Assembly (NCBI GenBank): GCA_963764625.1
Contig: CAVXTH010000008.1
Span: 96,001-160,000 of the forward strand
DNA length: 64,000 nucleotides
DNA from: Candidatus Krumholzibacteriota bacterium
GTDB lineage: Bacteria; Krumholzibacteriota; Krumholzibacteriia; JAJRXK01
Reading direction: 5' to 3'
The notes under the pieces: model-generated
The model's input: the letters and a program-made list of their open reading frames with translations, nothing else
What the model was told of the DNA's origin: nothing
Databases searched by the model: none
In this document: piece after piece, positions 21,153 to 33,226 of the stretch
Numbering within the stretch: position 1 is the stretch's first letter
Layout: each line of letters opens with the position of its first letter
Program-made: the position numbers and the translations under genes

Positions 21153-22397
21153 TCAACGAGCCCCCGCGGTCGCATGCGCTTTCATCAGGGCCTGATCGAG
21201 ATCGTCGATGAGGTCCTGCGCGTCCTCCACTCCCACGGACAGCCGTATGCAGCCCGGGTGAATCCCCACCGCCTCGCGCTCTTCTTCGGTGAGCTGGATG
21301 TGCGATGAATTGAAGGGCATGCTGATCAGAGTCTCGACTCCACCCAGGCTCGTCGCCTCTCTTGCCACCCTCGTTTCGTGACAGACCTCGAGTCCGGTCT
21401 CGTCACCACCCTCCACGAAGAAAGTGACCATCCCTCCGGCCATCTTCGCCAGATCGCGACTGGTGCGCTCGTAGTTGGGATGACTCTGCAGGAGTGGATG
21501 GATGACATTGCTCACGTGCGGATGTCCTTCGAGGAAACGCGCGATCTTTAACGCGTTCTCGTGGTGCGCTCGCATGCGCAGATGAAGCGTCTTCAGCCCT
21601 CGCTCGAGCAAGAATGCGGCGTGCGGATCGAGGGAGCCCCCCAGATAGATCATGCGGCCCCAGACTTCATCCACGAGCTGCTTGCTTCCCGCGACCACGC
21701 CGGCACAGAGGTCGCTGTGCCCATTGAGGTACTTGGTGGCCGAGTGAATCACCAGATCGGCGCCCAAGGACAGAGGCCGGATGCCGATGGGGGTGAGGAA
21801 AGTCGCGTCGATCACGAGCTTCAAGCCGTGCCGCTTGGCGATGGCCGCCAGCCCCTTGACGTCCGCATACTTGAGAAGTGGATTCGTCAGGGCCTCGAAA
21901 TAGAGCACCTTGGTCTTGGGCGTGATGGCGGCTTCAACGGCCCCAAGGTCTTCGAGATTCACGTAGCTCGCCTCGAGACCCCACTTGGGAAAATGATTGA
22001 TGAGCAGGCCCGAGGTACCGCCGTAGATGTCGTGCGTGGTCACCATGTGGTCGCCCGACTTCATCAGACTCAGTAGCGTGGTAGAGATGGCCGCCATGCC
22101 CGAAGAAAAGAGGAGACCACTCTCTGCGCCCTCCAGCGCGGCAATCTTTTGCTGCACCGACCACTGGCTGGGATTGCCGTAACGTGTATAGAGGAGGTGA
22201 TCACGCTGCTGGCCAATGCGCATGGCTTCGTAGGTTTCGGCCGTGAAATGGAAAGTGGAAGTCTGATAGATCGGCGTACCGACAGCGCCGGTGTGCGGAT
22301 CGTCTTGCGTGCCGGCCTGGACGCAGAGAGTCGCGGGCGCGAAGCGCGGGCCAGGTTGATCGTTGGAATGCGTGCTCTCGGTGCTGTCGGATGCCAT
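21153..22397 (-). CDS. PLP-dependent trans-sulfuration enzyme (cystathionine gamma-synthase/lyase, methionine gamma-lyase family)
   Basis: YTRYGNP, FSSGMAAI, HSATKYLNGHSD (PLP lysine), SLGGVETL, IRLSVGVE. Confidence 0.9.
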   Translation of the reverse strand: MASDSTESTHSNDQPGPRFAPATLCVQAGTQDDPHTGAVGTPIYQTSTFHFTAETYEAMRIGQQRDHLLYTRYGNPSQWSVQQKIAALEGAESGLLFSSGMAAISTTLLSLMKSGDHMVTTHDIYGGTSGLLINHFPKWGLEASYVNLEDLGAVEAAITPKTKVLYFEALTNPLLKYADVKGLAAIAKRHGLKLVIDATFLTPIGIRPLSLGADLVIHSATKYLNGHSDLCAGVVAGSKQLVDEVWGRMIYLGGSLDPHAAFLLERGLKTLHLRMRAHHENALKIARFLEGHPHVSNVIHPLLQSHPNYERTSRDLAKMAGGMVTFFVEGGDETGLEVCHETRVAREATSLGGVETLISMPFNSSHIQLTEEEREAVGIHPGCIRLSVGVEDAQDLIDDLDQALMKAHATAGAR

Positions 22398-22478
22398 CGT
22401 GCTCTCCCGGGGTTATGAGGAATCTCTCAGCAACGATAGAAAACGGGGGGAGCGGATTCCAGGAATTTGGAATGAGGG

Positions 22479-23633
22479 CTAGAATCCGGCCGGTTCTTCC
22501 TTGGAAAGTAGTGGAAGTTTCAAGATGAAGCGTGCGCCGCCCTCAGGTGCGTCGTCCACTTCGATGCTCCCCTTGTGAAGCTCTATCGCCTGATACACCA
22601 CGGCCAATCCCAGGCCGGTGCCCTTCTCCTTCGTGCTCACGAAGGGCTCGAAGAGATGCGCGCGCAGCTCGGGCGCGATGCCCGGACCGGCGTCCTCGAC
22701 CACCAGCACCACCGCGCCGGCGGCAGTCTCCACCGGCGAATCCCCGGCGCGCCCCAGAGTCGAGCTTTGCGGCGGCGCTTCGGGTCGGGTCGTAAAGCGC
22801 AGTATGCCACCCTCCGGCATGGCCTCGATGGAGTTGAGGGCCAGATTGAGAACCACCTGACGCATGCGCGAGGAGTCCATGCGAGTGAACGGCAGCTGAT
22901 CGGCCAAACCGGTTTCGATCCTCACCCCGTGCCGCTGCGCCTGCCGCTCCACGAGTTGCACCACCCCCTTGACCACCGCGTTCAGGTCGTCCTGGGCCCA
23001 GGAGGGGCTGGGGGGTTTGGCGTAGTTCAAGAATTGCCCCGTGAGCTCCTCCAGGCGCTGAAGCTCCTTGTGGACGATTTCCACGAATTCCTGCCTCGGA
23101 TCGCCCTCATCTATGTCCCTGGTCAGGATGGGCAAGCTCCCCTTGAGGCTCGCCAGGGGGTTTCTGATCTCGTGGGCCAGAGACGCGGAGAGCTGGCCCA
23201 TCGCGGCCAATCGCTCCGCCTCCTTCGTCCGCTCGAAGCTGGCCGCCAATCGTTCGTAGGCGATCCTCGACTCCTCTCGCTTGCGGCGCAGTTCACCGGC
23301 CAGACTTCCCGTCACCAAACCGATCACGTTGAACATGATGATTTCCAGGTATTGATTCCCGCCGGCCATGCCACCCCACTGGAAGAGCACGTGGGGAAGG
23401 TAGAGAAGCGTCGCCGCGAGCGCGGTCAACACTCCTCCCTTCAATCCGTAATGAAACGCGCCCAGCACGATGGGAACGTAGTAGAGACGTCGCCAGACAT
23501 CGTGCAGTGCGTGATAGGAGTGCGCCCGCGGAGTTCCGTAGTGCAGCGCCGACACCAACAACAGAGCAAACGCCACGAGAAGGATGGGAGTGCGTGACAA
23601 AGAGGCGCTTTCGCGCGGTGGTCTGGAGTCCAT
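22479..23633 (-). CDS. Membrane sensor histidine kinase (NtrB/ZraS-like transmitter)
   Basis: Four TM segments with a His-rich loop; AHEIRNPL H-box; N, G1, F and G2 boxes. Confidence 0.92.
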   Translation of the reverse strand: MDSRPPRESASLSRTPILLVAFALLLVSALHYGTPRAHSYHALHDVWRRLYYVPIVLGAFHYGLKGGVLTALAATLLYLPHVLFQWGGMAGGNQYLEIIMFNVIGLVTGSLAGELRRKREESRIAYERLAASFERTKEAERLAAMGQLSASLAHEIRNPLASLKGSLPILTRDIDEGDPRQEFVEIVHKELQRLEELTGQFLNYAKPPSPSWAQDDLNAVVKGVVQLVERQAQRHGVRIETGLADQLPFTRMDSSRMRQVVLNLALNSIEAMPEGGILRFTTRPEAPPQSSTLGRAGDSPVETAAGAVVLVVEDAGPGIAPELRAHLFEPFVSTKEKGTGLGLAVVYQAIELHKGSIEVDDAPEGGARFILKLPLLSKEEPAGF

Positions 23634-23990
23634 GTGCAGAGCTTAGATCCCCCGGGTCTGGGCGACAAGAGAGAGCACCGTCCTTATATTACACCGGGTG
23701 GAATCGCTCGATCCGGCGCCTGGTTTCGCCGCCGCTCTCATTGCCTCGAATCGGCGGCAAATCCGCTACTATCGCGGGGGAAACGGGGCGATTCCGCCCC
23801 ACGATTTCTCGTGCTTTCCTTCTTTCCCCAAGAATTTTCTGGCGGAGGCGAAACTTCGTGCATGGATTGTGGACGCTCCCTTGACTTGCGCCCCCTGAAT
23901 GGTTCAAGCTTTTCAAGAGGGGAAGTCCCCTCTCACCTAAATTCGTTTCTTCGCGAAGCCCCCCTGTTCCTCTTTCCAAGTCACGGTTGT

Positions 23991-25535
23991 ATGACTCCAC
24001 GCCAACGGCAGGACCATTTGCTCGCTCAATGGATGCTACGCATCATGGGCGGAGGCGTTCTCTTTTCCGTGGCGATGCTCGGGCTGTTGTCTTCGTGTGG
24101 AACGCAGGCCGCCCAGCCGGGTCATGACGAACCCGATCCCAGTATCGCGGTGAGCGAGCCGATGGTCGATCGAGACCTCGACGCCATTCGCGCGTCGGGG
24201 GTACTGCGCATTCTCACCCGCAACAACAGCAGCTCGTATCTCATTCTGCGCGGTGAGGAGCTGGGCTTCGAATACGAATTGGCCAGCGATCTGGCCAAGG
24301 AGCTGGACGTGAAGCTCGAGGTCGTCGTGGCCGACAGCCAGAGCAGCATGCTCAGTATGCTCAACCGAGGCCTGGGCGATCTCGTCGCCGCTCCCATCGT
24401 GCCCACCGAGTCGCTGCGCAAGGCCGCCTCGTTCAGCCGCCCCTACAACGAGATCCAGCCGGTTCTGGTGGTCCCCCACGACTACCTTCACTTCTACCGC
24501 AGTGAGAAGGACCTCCAGGGCCGCGTGGTCGCCGTCCAGCGCTATTCCAACGAGCAGGAGCTTCTGACCCAGCTCCGCGTGCGCGGAATCGACGTGGGAA
24601 TCGTCTATCTCCCGCCCGATGTCTCGACCGAGGACATCCTGGACATGGTGGCCGACGGAACCTACGGCGCCGCCATCGCGAGCAGCCGGGTGGCCCGTGC
24701 CGCCATGACCGTGCGTCCCGAACTCTCGATCGCGTTTGCGCTGGGCGAGATGCAGAGCGTGAGTTGGGCCACGCGTTCGAACAGTCCCCAACTTCTCGCG
24801 GCTGTCAACCGGTTCCTCTCGCGCAACTATTCCATCAAGGAGAGCGGTGAGGTCGCTGGTTCGAAGTTGTACAACATTCTCGTCGACAAATACTTCAAGG
24901 ACGAGCGACAGATTTTGCGTCGCGCCGAGAATCCGTTTCACGTGGCACGCACCGGCAGAATTTCTCCTTACGACGACCTTCTCCAGACGGCGGCGGATGA
25001 ACACGAGCTCGACTGGCGACTTCTGGCCAGCGTGTGTTTTCAAGAGAGTCATTTCGATCCGAACCGCACTTCGTGGGCGGGCGCGGTCGGCCTCATGCAA
25101 GTCATGCCGGCCGCTCACGGTGTTTCCGCCGACAGTCTGAAGATTCCCGAGGTGAACCTCGACATCGGCGCAGCATTTCTGCGTAAACTCTACGACCTGT
25201 ACAGCTACCTGCCTGAACGCCAGCGGCTGAAGTTCACCCTTGCTGCCTACAACGCCGGAATGGGACACGTGGACGACGCCCGCATCCTCTCGGTCATGCG
25301 AGAGAAGGATCCCAACCAATGGGAGGGGTCGGTCGAAGAGAGCTTGCTGCTGCTACGCAAGCCCGAGTATCATCGCCAGGTGCGCTACGGGTATGTCCGT
25401 GGCAGCGAGACCGTGGCGTACGTCCGGCAGGTTTTGCGGCGCTACCAACTCTTCAAAGACCTGACGAGACGCGAGGTAGCCCGCCGAAACGTCAATTCCC
25501 GGCCGGCGGAGACCGTCGTTTCCTCCATGCGCTGA
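23991..25535 (+). CDS. MltF-like lytic transglycosylase (SBP family 3 plus SLT domain), probable lipoprotein
   Basis: GFEYELA, QESHF, GAVGLMQ, AAYNAG, GSETVAYV motifs; LLSSC lipobox-like. Start uncertain. Confidence 0.85.
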   Translation: MTPRQRQDHLLAQWMLRIMGGGVLFSVAMLGLLSSCGTQAAQPGHDEPDPSIAVSEPMVDRDLDAIRASGVLRILTRNNSSSYLILRGEELGFEYELASDLAKELDVKLEVVVADSQSSMLSMLNRGLGDLVAAPIVPTESLRKAASFSRPYNEIQPVLVVPHDYLHFYRSEKDLQGRVVAVQRYSNEQELLTQLRVRGIDVGIVYLPPDVSTEDILDMVADGTYGAAIASSRVARAAMTVRPELSIAFALGEMQSVSWATRSNSPQLLAAVNRFLSRNYSIKESGEVAGSKLYNILVDKYFKDERQILRRAENPFHVARTGRISPYDDLLQTAADEHELDWRLLASVCFQESHFDPNRTSWAGAVGLMQVMPAAHGVSADSLKIPEVNLDIGAAFLRKLYDLYSYLPERQRLKFTLAAYNAGMGHVDDARILSVMREKDPNQWEGSVEESLLLLRKPEYHRQVRYGYVRGSETVAYVRQVLRRYQLFKDLTRREVARRNVNSRPAETVVSSMR

Positions 25536-25588
25536 GTTCCCCGGCGGCTGTTAGCTTCCCTCGGTTCCCCAGATCGAATCGCGAGCCC

Positions 25589-28357
<2,769 letters not shown>

Positions 28358-31018
28358 TCAGGCGCCGGCAGCCCCTTCGTCCTGCTTGTTCGCTTCCCGG
28401 AGGAAAATCTCCGCTTCAATTTCCTCGCGTAGAGGATGCGCGTGAAGTTGCATTGAGATCGTTCGCGCTCGTTCGAGCCCGGCCAGCGCCTCTTTGGGTC
28501 GCTCACCTTGAGCCAGGGCCCGAGCCAGTCCCAAGAGACCTCGCGCTTCCTCCAGCGGCAGCTTCAACTCGCTAAATCCCCGTACCGCTTTTCGAAAATG
28601 CTGGGACGCCTCCGCTGCGCGTCCGGCGTGGAACGACTGTTCCGCCAGGACGTAGGCCAGGGTCGCGCCGCACTCCGCGTTCTCGCCCGCCCGATACATC
28701 GTCGAGACCGCGTCCACGCAGCGTGCGAGTTGCAGAAGGTCGCCTTGCGCGGCGAAGAACCTGGCCGCGGCACAGATCCCCGGCACCAGATCGTGCCGGT
28801 CCTCGGATTTCTGCCACAGGCCCAGCATGCGCCGGTAATTTTCCGCCGTGTCGGGCAAGCTGCCCTCGTGCTCGAAGTGCACCGCCAATCCCCAAAAGTC
28901 GAGTAGCTCCACCAGCACCGCGTGGTGACGGCGAGCGTAACGCAAACTCTCTTTCAGATGGGCCCGCGCGGCGACGCTTCCGCGGTGCGCCGCGACCAAG
29001 CCCAGAACCCCCTCGAAGATGCCGCGAAAGCGTTCGGCGTGGAGGGGATCGCGCAGGGCGGCGCGATCGAGGTCTGAGGCTTCCTCCCATTCGCCCAGCC
29101 GGAAGAGAACCCAGGAGAGGCGACCCGAGCACAATTGCGCCGTGCCCGGCATCTGACGCCGTTCGCATTCTTCCATCGCCACGCGGTAGAGAGACTTGGC
29201 CCGGGAGTACTCCGAAGCATACTCCGCCACGGTCGCCAGCCGGTGACTTGCCTCGCAAATGGCCTGATCGCTTTCGCGCTCCCGGGCCGCGGCAAGCGCG
29301 GCTTCGAGTTTGGACTGTCCTCGCTTCCAATCGCCCTGCATCGCGAGCACCTGTCCCCGCAGAAGCTCGGCCCGTATCTTCTGGAGCCACGCGGCGGGGG
29401 AGGAGGCGCAGGCAAGCGCGCGCGACGCGGCCGATTCCGCTTCCTTTTGCCGCAGGCACGCGATGAGATAGGTCGCCATGGAAAGGAATTCCTCGGCCGC
29501 CTCGAGCTCTTCGCCCGCCGCGAGGAAGGACTCGGCCGCGCTCTCCCGCGTCGAGAGCGCGCGTTCGTGCAATCCCTGTTCGTATTCGATTTCCGAGAGT
29601 GTGCGCAACACGCGCGCGCGTCGTTCCGGTTGGCGGTGGAGACGGCGCGCGTTCGCCACCTCGCGCAGCGCCCGTGCCGCGTCTTTGAGGTGTCCGCTCT
29701 CGCGGGCGCAGTGACTGAGCTGCTGGAGAACGTCCAGGCGATGCTCCTCTTCCACCTCCTCCGGCCACAGCTCGAGCGCCTGGTTACCCCAATCCATGGC
29801 ATCGTGGTAGGCACGCAGGTTACATGCGGCCTGCGCCGCCTCGATGAAGGTGCGCCGGGCCTGGGCGGTTTGCCCCGAGGCCAAGAGATGAATGGCCAAA
29901 AATTCCGGTTCCGCCTGGCGCGACTGCAAAACTTCCGCGTAACGCTTGTGAAGCAAGCGCGCTCGCGACCAGGAGATCTGGCTGAAGATCGCCTCGCGGG
30001 TGAGGGAATGGCGGAGAGTGACGATCCCCGGTGCCGTTTCGAGCAAAAGCCCCGCCTCGAAGAGCTCGCCGCTCCCCTCGGAACTTCCCGCTACCGCAAA
30101 CACGAGTTCGAGCTCGCGGTTCTCGCCCACCACCGCGGCGGCCTCGAGGAGTTCGCGTGCCGCGACGGAAAGTCGATCGAGCCCGCTGAGAATGGCGTCT
30201 TGCAGATTCCCCAGACGAAACGAGGACGGTTCGGAAACCAGAACGAGTTCGTCCCTCTCTTCACGAAGTCGGCCGCTCTGGTGCAGAGCGTGAGAGATCT
30301 CCTCCAGATGAAGAGGGATTCCATGACTGCTCTGCAGGAGCAAGTTCAAAAGTTCGGAAGAGGGAGGAGCCCCGAGTTTCCTGCGAACGATTTCCGACGC
30401 ATCCTTCGCGCCCAGTGGTTTCAAGGTGATCTCCTGCAGCTGGTCCGTTCCGCGCAATTCATCTCTCAGACCCCGTAGCGGGTGTTCGCCGCGAACCTCC
30501 TGCTCGCGGTAGGTGGCCAAAAAGAGAATCGATTCGCCGCGCAGAATGGGGGTCACGGCCCGCAACATCTCCACGCTCGCGTGATCGGCCCAGTGTAGGT
30601 CGTCGAGAAAAACGCACATGGGGTACTTGTGCGAGAGGAGTCGCAGAACCTCCGAGACCGCTTCGACGAGATGCGCGAATTCGAATTCCTCGGGGGCTGG
30701 TCCCCGCTCGGGCAGCAGCACGTTGAGATAGCGGGCCGCGGGAAGCTGGCTGATTTCCGGATCGCTCAGACGGGAGAGCGCCTGCCGCAAGAGAGTCCGG
30801 AAGAGTCCGTAAGAGGGGGCGCAGTCTTCCCTCGCGCGCGCGATCAGGGGAGCGAGATCGCCGTGTCCCAGGAACTGCTCTGCGAGAAGGGTGGCGCCCA
30901 TTCCCGCCTCGCCGCAGAGCAAAACGACGCCTCCGCCGCCGGACAGCGCATCGGCGGCGGCGGATTCCAAGCTGGCGCGCTCACGATGGCGGCCGAGGAT
31001 TTCGGGCACTTCGGACAT
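28358..31018 (-). CDS. STAND/MalT-like AAA domain plus TPR repeats, with degenerate Walker A and no evident effector domain
   Basis: ILGRHRE, GEAGMGAT, FLDDLHWAD, GIPL, RHSL motifs followed by helical TPR-like repeats. Confidence 0.8.
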   Translation of the reverse strand: MSEVPEILGRHRERASLESAAADALSGGGGVVLLCGEAGMGATLLAEQFLGHGDLAPLIARAREDCAPSYGLFRTLLRQALSRLSDPEISQLPAARYLNVLLPERGPAPEEFEFAHLVEAVSEVLRLLSHKYPMCVFLDDLHWADHASVEMLRAVTPILRGESILFLATYREQEVRGEHPLRGLRDELRGTDQLQEITLKPLGAKDASEIVRRKLGAPPSSELLNLLLQSSHGIPLHLEEISHALHQSGRLREERDELVLVSEPSSFRLGNLQDAILSGLDRLSVAARELLEAAAVVGENRELELVFAVAGSSEGSGELFEAGLLLETAPGIVTLRHSLTREAIFSQISWSRARLLHKRYAEVLQSRQAEPEFLAIHLLASGQTAQARRTFIEAAQAACNLRAYHDAMDWGNQALELWPEEVEEEHRLDVLQQLSHCARESGHLKDAARALREVANARRLHRQPERRARVLRTLSEIEYEQGLHERALSTRESAAESFLAAGEELEAAEEFLSMATYLIACLRQKEAESAASRALACASSPAAWLQKIRAELLRGQVLAMQGDWKRGQSKLEAALAAARERESDQAICEASHRLATVAEYASEYSRAKSLYRVAMEECERRQMPGTAQLCSGRLSWVLFRLGEWEEASDLDRAALRDPLHAERFRGIFEGVLGLVAAHRGSVAARAHLKESLRYARRHHAVLVELLDFWGLAVHFEHEGSLPDTAENYRRMLGLWQKSEDRHDLVPGICAAARFFAAQGDLLQLARCVDAVSTMYRAGENAECGATLAYVLAEQSFHAGRAAEASQHFRKAVRGFSELKLPLEEARGLLGLARALAQGERPKEALAGLERARTISMQLHAHPLREEIEAEIFLREANKQDEGAAGA

Positions 31019-31104
31019 GGGCGTGTCCTGGAACGAGAGACCTCTTCATAATTTACTGCGCTTGAGGAAAATGCGATACGGAGGAAGAAGGTGAGACCGG
31101 TCCC

Positions 31105-31758
31105 CTACTTGATGAAACCCTCGATGTAGGGCCGCAAACCGTTGAGAATGAACTGTACCGCAATAACGGTCAGCAGGAGTCCCATGAGCTTTTCGACGAT
31201 TTTGATGCCCGTGTGCCCCACGCGGCGCAGCACCAGATCGGCCCCGATGAGAATTCCCCCCGTAAGCAGGAGAATCAACACGGTGGCGGCTGCGACCACT
31301 CCCTTGCTTAGGAGACTGTGGCCGCCCTCGGCACAGAGCACCATGACGGTGGTGATCGATCCGGGGCCGGCGATCAGAGGGACGGCAAGGGGAGTGATCG
31401 AAGGATCGTCTTCCTCGTGCAGGCCGCCTTCGATGTGATCGCGACTCGCGGCCGCGCCGATGCCGGTGCGCCAGCGCCGCTCTCGTGACTGCAACATGTC
31501 CAGCCCGATGCCGAAGAAGATCACCCCTCCCGCGATACGAAACGCGCCGAGGGTGATCCCGAACACCGCCAGCAGGCTTTGACCGATCAAAATGAAGACG
31601 AGAAGAACCAAGAAAGCGGTGAGGAGGGCCTTGCGTAACACGTGCTTCCGCGCCCGTTCGTCCATGCGCGCGGTGAGCCCGCTGAAGAAAGGAATGCAGC
31701 CAGGGGGGTCGATGACCGCAAAAAGCGAGCTGAATGCGAGTACGGCAAAGGCAAACAT
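31105..31758 (-). CDS. MarC family membrane protein
   Basis: IDPPG, FRIAGG, PLAVPLIAGPGSI, KLMGLLL motifs. Confidence 0.9.
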   Translation of the reverse strand: MFAFAVLAFSSLFAVIDPPGCIPFFSGLTARMDERARKHVLRKALLTAFLVLLVFILIGQSLLAVFGITLGAFRIAGGVIFFGIGLDMLQSRERRWRTGIGAAASRDHIEGGLHEEDDPSITPLAVPLIAGPGSITTVMVLCAEGGHSLLSKGVVAAATVLILLLTGGILIGADLVLRRVGHTGIKIVEKLMGLLLTVIAVQFILNGLRPYIEGFIK

Positions 31759-31927
31759 GCCGTGATCATGGTCGCCGACGGCCTTCGGTCAAGGCCATTC
31801 TTTCGGCCCGGGAGTGTGGAACTGACGCATGAGAATGGGTAGTATCTTTTTGGATCTCTCCCCCGTAGGGAGAGCTTGACCACCTGTCTTATTTCCCTTC
31901 GCCGCGGGCGGCGACCGCCCAGTCTCT

Positions 31928-33226
31928 TTGGATCTACTCGCGAAGCTCACCCGCGTCGAAAGGAAGGAGCTGGGCAACGTCCTGCTCGCGGCAGCGCTCT
32001 TCTTCTTCCTCTTGTGCAGCTACTACATCCTGCGTCCCCTGCGTGAAGAGATGGGCATCGCCGGGGGCACGCGTAATCTTCCCTGGTTGTTCCAGATCAC
32101 TCTCGTGGCAACCCTCTTGGCCACGCCTCTCTTCGGCTGGATGACGCGTCGCTTCAAGAGCCGCACTTTCCTGGTCTACAGCTACCGCTTCTTCGGCGCG
32201 AACCTGCTTCTCTTCCTCGTCCTTCTCAAGGCGCTTCCTTCGAGCGCGAACATCGTTCTCGGCCGCGTCTTCTACGTGTGGATCAGTGTCTTCAACATGT
32301 TTCTGGTTTCGTTGTTTTGGGCCTTCATGGCCGAGGGCTTTGGATTGGACCAAAGCAAGCGAGTTTTCGGGGTGATCGCGGTGGGAGGGAGCCTGGGCGC
32401 AACCATCGGGGCGGGACTGACCGCGTTCTTGGTCGAATACGTGGGAAGAGTGAATCTCATCCTCTTGTCGGTGGCACTTCTGGAAGTGGCAGTGCGAATC
32501 GTGGGAATCCTGCGCCGGCGTCTCGATCTGAAGCAAAGAGAAGAGAGCGTCGAGCTTTCCCAAGCGCCCGCATCTACCTCAAGGACCCCGCGAGCCGCGA
32601 CGATCGCGCCGCGTCCTTCCCTCTGGGAAGGACTTCTTTTGGTTTTGCATTCACGCTACCTTCTCGCCATCGCGATCTTTCTTTTCTGTTACAGCTTCGC
32701 CTCCACCATTCTCTACTTCGAGCAGGCGAATATCGTGGCGCACGCCGTCGCCGATCGTGCCGCGCGCGCCGCCCTCTTCGCGCGCATCGACTTCTGGGTG
32801 AATCTCATCACTGTTGTCTTGCAGATTTTTGTCACCGGCCAGATCATGAGCCGGCTGGGCGTCGGTTGGGCACTGATTCTCGTGCCGCTACTTTCCGCGG
32901 TGGGATTCTTTGTGCTCGGGTTGCGTCCGGTCTTGACCGTGCTCGTGGTCTTTCAGGTCTCTCGCCGCGCGGGAAACTACGCGATCATGCGTCCGGCCCG
33001 AGAAACTCTCTTCACCATCCTGGGGTTGGCCGAGAAATACAAAGCCAAGAGTTTCCTCGATACTTTCGTCTACCGCGGAGGTGACGCCACGGCCTCCGCG
33101 CTATTCGGCGTCCTGAGTGGGTTGGGCATGAGTCTCTCTGCCCTCGCGTTCGCGGCGGTTCCCCTGACCTTGTTCTGGGGGATTGTGGGGCGCTATCTGG
33201 GTCTCAAACAAAAGGAGCTGGCATGA
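31928..33226 (+). CDS. NTP/NDP exchanger-like (TLC/Npt-related) MFS transporter
   Basis: SYYILRPLRE, FYVWISVFN, RPARETLF...KYKAKSFLDTFVYRGGD; about 12 TM helices. Confidence 0.82.
   Translation: MDLLAKLTRVERKELGNVLLAAALFFFLLCSYYILRPLREEMGIAGGTRNLPWLFQITLVATLLATPLFGWMTRRFKSRTFLVYSYRFFGANLLLFLVLLKALPSSANIVLGRVFYVWISVFNMFLVSLFWAFMAEGFGLDQSKRVFGVIAVGGSLGATIGAGLTAFLVEYVGRVNLILLSVALLEVAVRIVGILRRRLDLKQREESVELSQAPASTSRTPRAATIAPRPSLWEGLLLVLHSRYLLAIAIFLFCYSFASTILYFEQANIVAHAVADRAARAALFARIDFWVNLITVVLQIFVTGQIMSRLGVGWALILVPLLSAVGFFVLGLRPVLTVLVVFQVSRRAGNYAIMRPARETLFTILGLAEKYKAKSFLDTFVYRGGDATASALFGVLSGLGMSLSALAFAAVPLTLFWGIVGRYLGLKQKELA

Noticed and set aside
2700-23633. Mobile heavy-metal genomic island
   Set aside because: No integrase, transposase, flanking direct repeats or adjacent tRNA seen; composition looks like the rest of the window.
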